Below are positions 37,458-50,340 of a stretch of 64,000 nt of DNA, in pieces (the stretch's first letter is position 1; each line of letters opens with the position of its first letter). Source of the DNA: Eledone cirrhosa (taxonomy: Eukaryota); NCBI GenBank assembly GCA_964016885.1, contig OZ024751.1:45508001-45572000 (forward strand), written 5' to 3'. Below the pieces are notes generated by a model. That model was not told where the DNA came from. It made no database searches and was given only the letters and a program-made list of their open reading frames with translations. A program made the position numbers and the translations under genes.

Positions 37458-37493
<36 letters not shown>

Positions 37494-37516
37494 CGAGAGA
37501 GAGAGGAACTAGAGAG

Positions 37517-37604
<88 letters not shown>

Positions 37605-38396
37605 TCTGCGCTGCTGAGAATGAGGAGACCATTAATCATAGAAGTATTCGATGCACGGGGAGATGCAACGTCGGTATAGATGACTAGACAAGCCGAAACC
37701 GCTTTGAGCCGCGGTCGGGATTCTACATCTGTCTCCCTCACTCTCGCTCTTTCTCTAAAGGGACGCCATTTATAATATCTGTTTTTAGAGTTATCTCCCC
37801 TCTACCTGAAGGAAGAAGAAGAAGAAGAAGAAGAAGAGGAAGAGGAAGAGGAAGAGGAAGAAGAATTCCCAATAGTGGGAAGCTTCGTATTCATACAGAA
37901 GATTGAAGAATGACTTCAAGTATAAGTAGAATGTTTGAGGAGTGGGGAATGGGGGTGGGTGGAGTATACTACTCGACCTAAGTATATAAGTGGTATTTAT
38001 TCTAGTGACCGGTCCACACAGTTTCGACAGTATTAATATTTAGTAAAATATTAATAAATAAATATTATTAATAAAATATTAAATAAATATTATCGATAAA
38101 ATAAAGTACCAGTAATACACTGGGATAATTGCTGGCCTTGTGCCAAAAGTAGAAACAATTAATATTTAGAATGTAAATTTCTTCTTTTTTTTTTTTTTTT
38201 TCACTGTTATTTTTTTTTTTTTTCACTTTTTTTTTTCACTGGTTGCAGTTATAAGACTGCGGCCAAGCTGGGGCATCATCATTTTCTTAGATCTTAGCTG
38301 GTCATATAAACGTACTTATTTTATCGGTCTTTGTTTGTTGAACTGTTAAGTAACGAGATATAAACGAACAACTGCAGATATTAAGCTGATACGGAT

Positions 38397-38470
<74 letters not shown>

Positions 38471-39085
38471 ACACACACACACACATACACTCACACACTC
38501 ACATCACACACACATATACACACACAGACACAGCATACATACTCTACACACATACACACACCACACACACACACACCACACACCACACAGCACATACCGC
38601 ACACATACATACACCACACATTCACACACACACACCACCCACACACATACACACACACACATACATTCACCCACCCACACCACACACACACACACACACC
38701 ACACACATACATACACCACACATTCACACACACGCCACACACACACATACACACACATACACACACACCACACACATACACACACACAACTCACCACACA
38801 CATACACACACACAACTCACCACACACATAAACACACTACACTCATACAAACTCACAGACACACCGCGCACACATACACACACATACACACACCACACAT
38901 ACACACGGATACACACCTCACACACACATACACTCACACACACCACACATCAAATACGTACGCACATGTACACGCACATACAAATGTATGCACGCATATA
39001 TCTATATGTGTGTATATGTATATGTACATGTATGTACTTATGTGTGTATGTATGCATGTATGTATGTAGGTATGTATGTATGTAT

Positions 39086-40113
39086 GTGATGCTTTCGGAA
39101 AGCTAGAAAGGCGACTCTGGGGTCGGCGAGACATATGCAGGAGGACAAAGGTAAAGGTGTACAGGGCATGTGTACTCTCTTGTCTTCTTTATGCCTGCGA
39201 GACCTGGGTCACATATCGACGCCACCTTAAGCAATTGGAGCGTTTCCATCAGATGTGTCTCAGACGGATACATGGCGTTCACTGGAGGGACCACATCAGT
39301 GATGTCGAGATTTTGGAAAGCTCTATGTGTGACAGTATAGAAGCTCTTGTGCTTAAGCAGCGACTCCGTTGGAGTGGTCACCTTGCCAGGATGAAGGATT
39401 CTAGAATACCAAAACAACTCTTCTATGGAGAGTTGGTTAAAGGAAAACGACCGCCACATAAGCCAAAAAAGAGGTATAAGGATTCCTTGAAAGCCTCTCT
39501 GAAAGACGCTAACATCTCTGCTGATACATGGGAAAATATTGCTGCTGATCGTAATAAATGGAGAAAGACTGTATATGAGGGAAAAGTTGCCTTTGAGGCA
39601 TCTCGAATCGCACACGAGAAAGTAAAGCGGGACGTGAGGAAGGGTATTGCTGTTGCACTTCCAGACGGCGAGGGTCCTCCTATGTTTCTGACATGCAGCG
39701 TCTGTGCGAGACTCTGCCTAAGCAAAGCTGGACTCGAAAGTCATCTTCGCAGTCATAAAGTAAGACCAGTGGTTGACTACCAGGCTGCTGTTGGAGATGC
39801 TACTCATCATGCTTGCCAAACATGTGGTAGAGAATGTAAGTCAGCAGGAGGACTCAGGCGACATGCAAAAGTACACGAGCTCCAACCACAGCCGACTATT
39901 CCCAGTAAATGTTTTGGTTGCCGACTCTGTGCAAGACATTTTAGATCATTGGCTGGGCTAAAAAGCCACATTCGATCGCAGCACTGTTAGTTGCTATCGT
40001 GTGTTTGTGTGTGTGTGTGTGTGTGTGTAGATATGCTTATGTGCGTGCGTGTGTGTGTATATATATATGAATATGTATATTATTATTGTTGTTGTCGTTA
40101 TTATTATTATTGC

Positions 40114-40147
<34 letters not shown>

Positions 40148-40458
40148 GTTATTAATGTATGTGTGTATATATGTGTGAGTGTATGTGTATGTATGTGTGT
40201 GTGTATATATGTATGTATGTGTATGTATGTGTGTGTATATATATGTGTATATATATATATGTGTATATGTATGTGTGTATATATATATATATATATATCT
40301 TTTCCCTTTTTTTTTTTTTATTTATTTTTTTTTTTTTATTTATTTATTATTACTATTATTATTGTTATTGTTGTTATTATTATTATTTTTTTTATTTTTT
40401 TTTTATTTTTTTTTTTTATTGTGCAATGGCCATACTCGATAACGAGGGGGCAGCCATC
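39086..40458 (+). mobile_element. RTE LINE copy 2, 5'-truncated (coding remnant to 39990)
   Basis: Near-identical to 1236-2400; begins inside (TATG)n. Confidence 0.92.
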
Positions 40459-40560
40459 ATGTATGTATGCATGCATGTATCTATGTATATGTATGTATGT
40501 ATGTTTGTATGTATGTGTGTATGCATGTATGTATGTATGTATGTATGTATATACATGTAT

Positions 40561-41161
40561 GGTCAGGTCACCAGTTGGTGCTACTGGTAACATGTATCCC
40601 AGTACAACCTGTCCCATGGTCGGGTCGTTGGCGACTAAACTGGCAACCCCACCAAGGTTTCTTGGTGAGGAGGGTGACTTTGGACATCCTGCAGGACTAA
40701 AAACAAAACCTGTCAAAGCAGCTCTTAAGAGTCAATGGCTATCCAAAATCACCGGGAGAGATGACCCCTTAGCCTTTGTCAAGGCAGAATTCTAGGAGAA
40801 AGAAAACTCTGATATAACACCTGCAACCCTGATGGTATCCAATGATGTTGACTTGTTCTTCTTTTTGGTAAATATCATCTTGGTTAAGAGAGTGGGACTG
40901 GCTTTGTGCAGTGCCTTTGCTCACTATAAAAGCTTCACGGCACAGGCATTGCTTTATATCTGGAGATCTCTCTGCACTTGTCGTCACGTGGTGCCATGGG
41001 CCCAGCACTATGTGTCAATAATTGTCACAAGTGTACTGTTTGTACCAGAGTTTTCAAGTCGCTGGCTGGACTAAAAAGTCACACTCGTTCAGCGCTTCGG
41101 TAGGGGTTCTCCTATATGGATATAAAGTAGTGGCCGTACTCGAAAACGAGTTGGCAGCCAC
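40561..41161 (+). mobile_element. Bipartite RTE derivative, longest copy
   Basis: Extends about 14 nt further 5' than the 15268 copy (GGTCAGGTCACCAG). Confidence 0.82.
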
Positions 41162-41190
41162 TATATACATGTATATATATATATATGTAT

Positions 41191-41392
41191 GTTATCTCTT
41201 TCTCTTAATTTCGAGTATATTTTTTTGACCGGCCACCTTCCTGGTGGCAAGGTTGTAAAAGAAAAGAAATTGTCATCCCTTGAATCGCAAGAATGTTTTG
41301 CAAATTTTGAAGGTGCCAGCTATCGCAGCCATTTGTAGACTATGAATTAGGGAGCTGCGCTTTTTGTCCGCAAATCCAAGTTCAGTCATACT
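41191..41392 (-). mobile_element. RLE-type LINE 3' end
   Basis: Nearly identical to 19981-20182. Confidence 0.75.
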
Positions 41393-41561
41393 TGTATGCA
41401 TGTATGCATATATGTATGTATGTATGTATGCATATATGTATGTATGCATGTATGTACGTATGTATATGAATATATGTATATATGTATATATGTATGTGTG
41501 CATGTATGTATGTATGTATGTATGTATGTATGTATGTATGTATGTATGTATGTATGTATGG

Positions 41562-41594
<33 letters not shown>

Positions 41595-42585
41595 TGTATG
41601 TATGTATGTATGTATGTATGTATATATGTATGTGTGCATGTATGTATGTATGTATGTATGTATGTATGTATGTATGTATGTATGTATGTATGTATGGATA
41701 TATGTATGTATGCATGTATGTACGTATGTATATGTATATATGTATGTATGTATGTATGTATGGATATATGTATGTATGTATGCATGTATGTACGTATGTA
41801 TATGTATATATGTATATATGTAGTATGCATGTATGTATGTATGTATATATGTAGTATGCATGTATGTATGTATGTATGTATGTATGTATGTATGTATGTA
41901 CGTATGTATGAATGTATGTATGTATGGATATATGTATGTATGCATGCATCTGCCATTCGGTTTGTGCGTGTGCCTCTCTCTCTCCCCCTCTCCCCCTCTC
42001 TTTCTCTCTTCCTCTCTCTCTATCTCCCTCGTTTTCTCTCCCCCTCTATGTCTATCAAATTTTATTCCTTCTTTAATAACGTTCTCTCTCTCTACCTTTC
42101 AATTTCACCCCTCTCTCACCTCTCCCTCTTTAATCTCTATATATTTCTCTATCTATCCTCCTCTCCCTCATTCACCCACTCTCCCTCCCCCTCTCTCTCT
42201 CTCAGCCACTATTTCACTCTCTCTTCATTCTGTCTGTATGTCTTCCTCTCCTCTTTTCCTTCTCTTTCTCTTTTCGTTGCATCAGGTAATCTGCCATTTA
42301 TATTGCAGACAAAATCGGTGAGGGTGACTGCAGACTGCTGACGTGCAGCTGGTGTTGCTATTGCATTCGTCATCACCACCACCACTACCACCACCACCAC
42401 CACCACCACCACCACCACCACCACCACCATCATCATCATCATCGTGATAACCATCATCATCATAATGTTCGCGACGATGATAATGATGATGGTGTCGATA
42501 ATGGTGATGATGATGGTGATGATGATGATAGTGGTGGTGGTGGTGATGATGATAGTGGTGGTGTTAGTGATGATGATGGTGGTGG

Positions 42586-42620
<35 letters not shown>

Positions 42621-42822
42621 TTGATGATGATGATGATAATAATGATGATGATGATGATGATGTTGATGTTGATGTGCAGTCTGCTGCAATCTAAATACAG
42701 ACTAAATACATGCTGGTTGTGGTGAAGCAATGTATTCTGGGTAACGGAAGTTGAGAAATGACAGACAGATTTCACTAAAAATAGCTTTATCCTAGCGGGC
42801 TTGGCTTCGGATAAACCTTTTA

Positions 42823-42857
<35 letters not shown>

Positions 42858-42924
42858 CGATAAGGAAAAAGAAGAAGAAGAGGAAGAAGAAGTTGAAGAA
42901 GAAGAAACAGAAGAAGACGAAGAC

Positions 42925-42972
<48 letters not shown>

Positions 42973-43232
42973 TTTCTTTATTAACCACAAGGGTTTACAT
43001 AAAGTAGACATTAAGGACAGTGCAGGACAATGCAGGACGGTACAAATGGGCATTTCTGCGTGTAAAAAAACAAAAACAGAGGATGTAACAAAAATAACAA
43101 TGAAAATAACAATGAAAAATTCCCCAATAGGGGGGAGACTTCGGAGGGACATTTGTGGAGAAAGCCCAGTAAAAAGCCACAATGACCCTGACCACCAAGG
43201 CAAGTGCCCTCTCCCAGTTTTCCACCTTTAGT

Positions 43233-46200
43233 TTACAGATATATACTCAGAGTCGGCCCATTCACTCGGGCCATTCTTGCTTCTCTCACCCATCTTTCAA
43301 CAAAATGCTGGGAAGAGAGCACTTCCTTCTCTACTCTGATTTTCCTTTTCAAATGAAATTTGAAAAAGTCAATCAGAGCATCACCGAAGAGGTAAGTGCT
43401 CGTCTTCAGACTTTCAAACGTGTCCACCATACTATCTCTTTCGCCATGGCCACCAGACAGATAAAAACTGCCTGCCCTTCCCGGCTAAAGGAGGAGGGCG
43501 GGGCAATCCTCACGATAGACTCAGATGATAGCTGGATCCGTCCTAAACGCGACAGCAGGTGTTCGACATAAACCCACAAGTCAGCAATTTTCGGACACTG
43601 GACGAGAGCGTGCAGGACGGTTTCGTCGCCCTGCGCGCATCTCGGACATGCCCGGCTGACGGCACCTCCATGCCTGTAGAGTTTATCCCGAACTGGCAAG
43701 GCTCCTCGGTAGCACTGCCAGGCCAGAGATTTCTGGAAGTTGTCCATAGGCCCTGGCCCGAAAGTTCTTCCGAAGAGATTGGCTAGTTGATTTTCGTCGA
43801 CGCCTAGAGTTTCCCCAAGTACGTCGTCGCTCTTCCCCTCCACTAATCCTCTATAGAACGCCGAGGTGGAGTTTCCACCGATCACATTGCCCGATTGGTC
43901 GAGGGCTGTGAGCGCCTGAAGACATTCCAGTCTCCAGGCGCTCCCTCTCGGTCTTCGCTTGACCCAGGACTGCAGCTCCGTCAAGGAAACGAGCTGGGGA
44001 AAAACGCGTCTAGCAAACGGCGACCACACCTGATCACCGTCGAGGAAGAGGTGGAGATGTCGTAGCCTGAGCGCGTGCCTGCGCATCATCAGCCACGGCA
44101 TGCCCAGCCCTCCACGTAGCGGGTGTTGACAACAGATGGACCGCCTGACCATCGGAGCACGTCCCTTCCACAAAAAGCGAAAGAGCAAACGCTCCAGCGC
44201 AGTCAGGCGAGGCTTAGGACAAGGTACGACGGTTAGGCGGTAGCAGATGACAGACGCGATGTACGCGTTAGCCACCTCCGCTCGACCTTTCAGGGATAGC
44301 TTCCTCTCCGCCCATTTCTGGGTGAGAGAAGCCACCCTGCTCGTCACCTCGTCCCAGTTTTTGTCCGTCTGGAGGTCCGGACCGAACCAGACCCCTAGCA
44401 ATTTAACCGGTCCGTCCGTCCAGCGCCCGACGACGCTGTTGGACGGCATGGACCTGCCTCTCCAGGTGCCGAGCTGCAGGCCCACTGACTTTTCCTGGTT
44501 GATCATTGCTCCTGTCACCGCTTCGTATTCTCTTAGTGTAGTGCCGATCGCCTCGATGTGTTTGGCGTTCGACACCACTACGGTGACATCGTCCGCATAT
44601 GCTGACACGGATCTTCCGCATCCTAGTTCGCGCGGGACTCCCCTCAACGTCTCCAGTTTGTGCAGTAATGGCTCGAGAGTCAATACGTACAAGAGGGACG
44701 AGAGGGGACATCCTTGGCGGACCGAGCGCATGATGTTGAACGGTTCCGACAGGTGACCGTTCACTCTCACTACAGAGCAGATGTCGCTGTGCATGGCAGC
44801 GATCCAGCCTCTGAAGACGGGCCCAAAGCCAGCCGCCCTCAGGACTGCCGCTAGGTAACGATGGTCGACCCTATCGAAAGCTTTCGACTGATCTAAATTG
44901 ATCAAGGACCCACCCGTGCCAGGTTCCCTAGCTACCCTCTCTACGATGTATCGCATGAGGTGGAGGTTGTCGTGGATGGATCTGTCGGGAATGGCGCATG
45001 TCTGCGCCTCTCCCACCAGACCACCAACGACAAGCGCCAACCTCTTTGCTAGCACCTTGGCCAAAATCTTAAACTCTGTGTTTAGCAGAGTTATGGGCCG
45101 GAAATTGTCTATGTTATCCCCCTTGTTCGGATCCTTTCTCAGCAGTGCCACCGCTCCTCGGCTCACAGAACTGGGAATTCTCCCGTTCTGTTGCCAGTTG
45201 CAGTAGACGTCCGCCAAGAGGCCTCCGAACAAGTCTGGCATCTGTACGTAAAGTTCATAGGGCAGACCATCCAAACCAGGCGATTTACCCCTTGTGCAGC
45301 CAGTCATTGCCTCCCGTACTTCAGCGGCTGTTATCGGCTTTTCGCAACACTTCGCCTCAGTGGCCGAGAGCCGCGGCAGTCCGTCGAGGTAGACACTAAA
45401 GTCCATCCCTCTACCCGGCCCACCGCTGCCCCCGAACAGCTGAGCGAAGTGTCGCTGAAAAGCTTCACACATTTGCCCGGGATCGAGTAGCATGCGCCCG
45501 TCGTGGTCCACCAAAGACCGGATCGTGGCTTTGTTGCCACGACGCGCCTCCGCCACTCGGGCCCATTGCACGGCTTTCGTCCCCTCGTGTCTGAGAGCAC
45601 GCACCCTTGCTCTGACAACGCAGCCTTCGTGCTTTGCATTGAAGAATTGGTCAAGGGCCAATTTCGCCGCAAGCACGTCGGTCGCAATGCCTTTGCTGAG
45701 CGCCTCGTCTAATTTTCTAACTAGTTCTCCCTCTGCTCTATTTTTCTCTATTGCTAAAGCCTTACTAAACCTAATCGATTCTATTCTAATCGCTCTTTTC
45801 AGAGCAAACCACCACTTGTTGTTGACGATGGCCCCCGTCAACGCCCGCTTAACTAGTTCGCTAATCCGGTCTCTGTAGGCCTTGCGCGCTGGTAAGGACG
45901 CGTTTAGCTTCCAGTAGCCGGGTCCTCGTCTATGAAGCCTATCTAAGTCAAGCACACAGATCACGAATTTGTGGTCCGTGTAGCTGACTATCTTGAATTG
46001 TGGACAGCCTATGCTAGACCTATCTATTTCCCTACAAAATACTCTATCTAGATATGATCTGGATGACCCTATGCGGTTTGTCCAAGTCCACATTGGCACA
46101 TTCGGGAAATCCAATCGGTACCTGTCAGACAGTTCAAAACGCCTGAGCAGGTTGGTGAGGCTCTTGCACCCTCCACCCCTATCCGCTAATCCCACACAGT

Positions 46201-46651
46201 CCCAGCGTGCATCTAAGATCCCGTTCCAGTCGCCCACTAACACTAAAGAGCGGGACGTTCCAAGAAAGGTCTCCAGACGCCGGAAGAAATCAGGCCGCCC
46301 TGCTCCTGTCGGGGCATAGACGGCCACTAGCCTGAAAGCTTGCCCGTCTCCGCTGGTCACGTCCAGCACCACCAGCTTACCCTCTGGGTCCAGGAAGATG
46401 GCCCGTATGGCGAGATCCAAACCTCTCCGAAAAAGCACAGCAACTCCTCCACCCGATCCAGGACGGCTGGGAGATGCGTACACATCGTAGCCGCCGAAGA
46501 TCGGTGCGAAGGCCCGTGCTTCGGAGATTCTGGTCTCGCTGATGGCCACTACATCTATGTTTAGTGACCTGAGGTCGTTGAGCAGGTGACCCTGCTTCCA
46601 TGACGACCCCAAGCCACGCGCATTTATGCTGCCTATTCTGAGTGAGGTCAT
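43233..46651 (-). CDS. ORF2: APE endonuclease + RT + C-terminal Cys/His finger; one frameshift near 43410
   Basis: SINARGL, ISET, VYAP, GDWN, SYLD, TDH (endonuclease); PGLDG, FRPITLLN, LDQSKAFD, VRQGCPLS, AYADD (RT); CPRC..ET..H..C. The C-terminus continues in another frame (LKTSTY...VERW...SIYL*). Confidence 0.9.
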
Positions 46652-46686
46652 GTTTAAAATAGAGTGGAAAAGATGGGAAAGACCAC

Positions 46687-48783
46687 TTACCGTACTTTTG
46701 GTAGAGGAGGGATGGTTTTTACATCCCTTTTCACTTGATCGTCTGGTGAAGGGACCGTTGAATCGTCCCTTCGGCTGGTCGTCGGCTCTTCTAAGAGAAT
46801 GTCTGAATATACTCTTCGATTAATGGTTCCTCCTAGGTCCCTGAAATCACCAACTGCGTTGGGGAATTTCGTTTTAATGTTTGTGTATTGTTTCTGTGCT
46901 ATTTTTAGCAGTCTTATGTTAGTTGGCGTTTTGATTGGTGCTGGTATTATGTAGTCCTGTTGTGAAATGTCTGTGTGTTCAATTATGTAAGTCATTAGTT
47001 TCTTGTTGTGTGTGTTTATTGCCGTGCATTTGTTTTTCTGGGAGTGGGGTGTGGTTCTGCTATTTTCTTGTCGTTGTTGCTGGGTGTGTGTGTTTTGTTG
47101 TTGTGTTTGCGATGTTGGTGCTTGTGGTGGTGGTGTTGAAGGTGTTGTTGGCGGTGGGGTTGTCGCCGGTGGTGATGGTGGCGCTAGTGTGGGTGGTGAT
47201 GGTGTTGGTGTTGTTGCTGCTGTGGGTCTCTTTGCAGTAGACTTTACCCTTTTCTCATTTCTTTCCTCCCTTTTCAAAGGCGACGATGCGCTGCTTCTGC
47301 GTTTGTGCCTTCTTGCGACCTTTTGCCATCCCTCTCCCACCTCACACTCCATGTCTGATTCTGTAAGGTCGGGGAGGGGTACCAGCTCCACTCTTTCACT
47401 TGTTGTTGTTGGTGATGTTTGCACTGGAGTCTCTGTTGCAGCTGCATTTGGTATTGCTGTTGTTGTTGTTAATATTTCCACTGCTGCTGCTGTCTTTGAT
47501 TTCCGTGGAGTGGGTATGGGTGCCACGGACCTATCGTTCCTGGTTGCCGCTTGTCCTGTTGCTGGTAGCCGTGGAGCCGGATTCGGAAGGAGGGGGGTTT
47601 TCTCCTTTCTCAGGGTCTTCTCGTTGCAGAAGGCCCTGAGGTGAGTCTTCGATCCACAGCGAAAGCATTTCGGGCGTTTGCCCTCAACACTTATGGGCAG
47701 TTGAGTGCCGTTATCGAAGTCTATCACATCCGGGATAGCTTCGATGCACTCCTGGTTGGTTTGGATTAGCATCTCAATGGAGGAGCCGACCCAATCTTCT
47801 CTTACTTTTTTCTGTACTTGCAGTACAGTTGTTTTGTCCTCGATTCCGACGAGGACAGACGCGGCCAGCCAAGAAGGGGTCATTCCGGGGGGGACGTGGG
47901 TCAGTTTGACCCTCACAATTTTTTGCCCGCAGTAGGAGGGCACCAACACCATTTCCTCGCTCCTTAGGGTCACTACTGATTGGGCCTTTGCCTCCTGGGG
48001 TGTGGCAAAAAGTACGTCTACGGTGGCATATTTTTTGCCTCGGGTGATGTGCGTTTTCCGCTGCCACACAGACCCCAAGGCTTTTTGTATTTGGGCCTCT
48101 GTGGCTCTTTCCACCCTACGGGATTTTGTACTTACTGTACGGTACGTGACCGTACAGTGCTCTTGGGTCTCGAAAAACTTTTCCGCTGCCTTGCAGATTG
48201 CTCGGTGTCCGTTCTTTGTCACCATCTTCTTCGCTTCCTCTAATTCCTCATTTGTTATGAGGATTGTTTCCAAGTTTTTCGCAATACCTGCAAATGAGAT
48301 TGGTTTTTCTCTGCTGTTGTTGTTGTCGTCAGAGCTGCTGGTACTTTTGTTGTTGCTGCAGGTACTACGACTACTGCCTCCGCCGCTGTTGCTGTGGTTG
48401 TTGTTGGTGTTGCTGCTGCTAATGCTGTTGTTGTTTATGTTGCTGGTGATGCTGTTGCGGCTGCTACTGTTGTTTTCATTGTCACTGTTGCTGTTGTTAT
48501 TACGGCTGCTACTGCTATTATTCCTGACGTCAGACGAATGAACTGGGTTTTCGTATTTCCCGCACACCTGTTTCGTCTCTGTCGTCGTCGTCGTGGAGAA
48601 ACCTTGCACGCTTTGCACGAGACTTTTCTTTTCTTTCGTCGCTTGCGAAAGAGAAGGGAGGGAGAGAGACACATTTAAAGAAGGGAGGGAGAGAGACAAT
48701 CTTCTCTCTGCTGTAGTGATGATTGAGGAAGAAGAAGACGGAATGAGTGGGAGTGACGTATGAAATTTCTTTTTGGTAGCCAT
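46687..48783 (-). CDS. ORF1 (gag-like nucleic-acid-binding protein, CCHC knuckle)
   Basis: CFRCGSKTHLRAFC; ISFAGIAK motif; Asn/Ser- and Pro/Thr-rich tracts; ATG at 48783. Confidence 0.85.
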   Translation of the reverse strand: MATKKKFHTSLPLIPSSSSSIITTAERRLSLSLPSLNVSLSLPSLSQATKEKKSLVQSVQGFSTTTTTETKQVCGKYENPVHSSDVRNNSSSSRNNNSNSDNENNSSSRNSITSNINNNSISSSNTNNNHSNSGGGSSRSTCSNNKSTSSSDDNNNSREKPISFAGIAKNLETILITNEELEEAKKMVTKNGHRAICKAAEKFFETQEHCTVTYRTVSTKSRRVERATEAQIQKALGSVWQRKTHITRGKKYATVDVLFATPQEAKAQSVVTLRSEEMVLVPSYCGQKIVRVKLTHVPPGMTPSWLAASVLVGIEDKTTVLQVQKKVREDWVGSSIEMLIQTNQECIEAIPDVIDFDNGTQLPISVEGKRPKCFRCGSKTHLRAFCNEKTLRKEKTPLLPNPAPRLPATGQAATRNDRSVAPIPTPRKSKTAAAVEILTTTTAIPNAAATETPVQTSPTTTSERVELVPLPDLTESDMECEVGEGWQKVARRHKRRSSASSPLKREERNEKRVKSTAKRPTAATTPTPSPPTLAPPSPPATTPPPTTPSTPPPQAPTSQTQQQNTHTQQQRQENSRTTPHSQKNKCTAINTHNKKLMTYIIEHTDISQQDYIIPAPIKTPTNIRLLKIAQKQYTNIKTKFPNAVGDFRDLGGTINRRVYSDILLEEPTTSRRDDSTVPSPDDQVKRDVKTIPPLPKVR

Positions 48784-48996
48784 GTTTTTTTGTTTAAAAT
48801 GAAATTCTGGGTACAAAACCCCAATAACTTGTTATTTAACCCCGAAGGGCCAAATAACGGACAGAAAGACCCCTCTCACGAGGAGGAGGGTGTCTTTATC
48901 AACAATTTGGTTCAAGTTTTAAACAATTTACAATTGTTTTAACGGTTAAAAATTACTATACCTTACATAGCCGAGCCTCCGTCAACCATGGCATTC

Positions 48997-49028
<32 letters not shown>

Positions 49029-49031
49029 TAG

Positions 49032-49231
49032 GGGACTATCTCCAAAAGTTTCCAGGGATGGTTAAAGAAAATCGGCCCCTTCACGCTTTTTGGAACGCTT
49101 CAAAAGGCATGCTTGCTTGGAACAGCAAGAACCCTCCGATACGTCCTGAATATCTGAGGCTGCAGGTAGTGGCTTGATATTCAATCCAACGGACTTTCCA
49201 GTTAACCAACATCAATGACTGAGATTCAAGG
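49032..49231 (+). mobile_element. R4/Dong-like RLE LINE 3' end in (TAA)n (absent from the ORF track)
   Basis: 49032-49157 translates GTISKSFQGWLKKIG...LQKACLLGTARTLRYVLNI*, followed by a short UTR and an (AAT)n tail. Confidence 0.8.
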
Positions 49232-49240
49232 AATAACAAC

Positions 49241-49295
<55 letters not shown>

Positions 49296-49298
49296 GTA

Positions 49299-49420
49299 GT
49301 TTCATTTATTGGCCACAAGGGCCGACATATAGGGGACAATACAAAAGACAGGGACAGTGGGGGTGTACATGTACAACGTGTAAACAATATAAATAACAAT
49401 AACAAAGAAAGCTTATAAGG
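49299..49420 (-). mobile_element. 3' end of a second Tx1-like element
   Basis: CCCTTGTGGCCAATAAATGAAAC followed by (ATT)n matches the terminus at 42971-42993; upstream extent uncertain. Confidence 0.6.
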
Positions 49421-49509
49421 GAGAGAAGGAGGTGCGCATTATAAGATCGATTGATCGATCAATCGAATTGATCGACAAGATTCGAAAGTGTGGCGGAACT
49501 TGTCAAATC

Positions 49510-49772
49510 GGATCAAGGAAACAATGTTTCCATTGGTCTTTCCATTTCTGATACTATCTGTTGATCACAACTCCTGGCAGAAGGAAGGAGCTAATCATCA
49601 GAAAGGATCAAGGAAACAATGTTTCCATTGGTCTTTCCATTTCTGATACTATCTGTTGATCACAACTCCTGGCAGAAGGAAGGAGCTAATCATCAGATAA
49701 GACCAAGGAAACAATATTTCCGTTGGTATTTCCATTGCTGATACTATCTGTTAGTTACAACTCCTGGCAGAA
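49510..49772. repeat. ~2.8 x 95-bp tandem repeat
   Basis: Units start at 49510, 49605 and 49700. Confidence 0.85.
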
Positions 49773-50140
49773 ACATTCAATCTAATGTAACCACTCTGAC
49801 AATTAACTGCCTATAAGAGGAATAGGTTTTATTAAACGAACATGTTAACTGCTACACGGTATGATAACGAAATATTTAGTGGCCCACCACAAAACTACAA
49901 AACCACACAGATACTTAGAACGGACGGAAGTACTAGACCGAAAATCGGAAGCTTGTATAAATTCATCTAGTTATGATTTGAAGTTTTGGTTTTCTAGATC
50001 GAAGCTTATCACTTCGACCACAGACTCGGGCACTGTCACCCGTAACGTAGAGAAGCTGAAGACATTCAAATACTGGGACTTAGTCAACCGCTTCCTTTTT
50101 CGTGTCAGTCGGCGTTAAAAGGTTCTGTGTTCTCAGTTTG

Positions 50141-50340
50141 NNNNNNNNNNNNNNNNNNNNNNNNNNNNNNNNNNNNNNNNNNNNNNNNNNNNNNNNNNNN
50201 NNNNNNNNNNNNNNNNNNNNNNNNNNNNNNNNNNNNNNNNNNNNNNNNNNNNNNNNNNNNNNNNNNNNNNNNNNNNNNNNNNNNNNNNNNNNNNNNNNNN
50301 NNNNNNNNNNNNNNNNNNNNNNNNNNNNNNNNNNNNNNNN
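50141..50340. other. Assembly gap (200 N)
   Basis: N run. Confidence 1.

Larger units (their letters stand above)
42971..48996 (-). mobile_element. Full-length Tx1/L1-clade LINE inserted in (ATT)n
   Basis: ORF1 + ORF2; 3' end CCCTTGTGGTTAATAAAGAAATC followed by (ATT)n; (AAT)n on both flanks. Confidence 0.9.

Noticed and set aside
43559-48678. Antisense and alternative-frame ORFs over the Tx1 element (and over the RTE and PLE ORFs)
   Set aside because: Shadow ORFs of real retroelement coding sequence.
49510-49700. CTGATGA...GAAA on the minus strand of the 95-bp repeat, resembling tandem hammerheads
   Set aside because: No UH triplet or stem I closes the fold.
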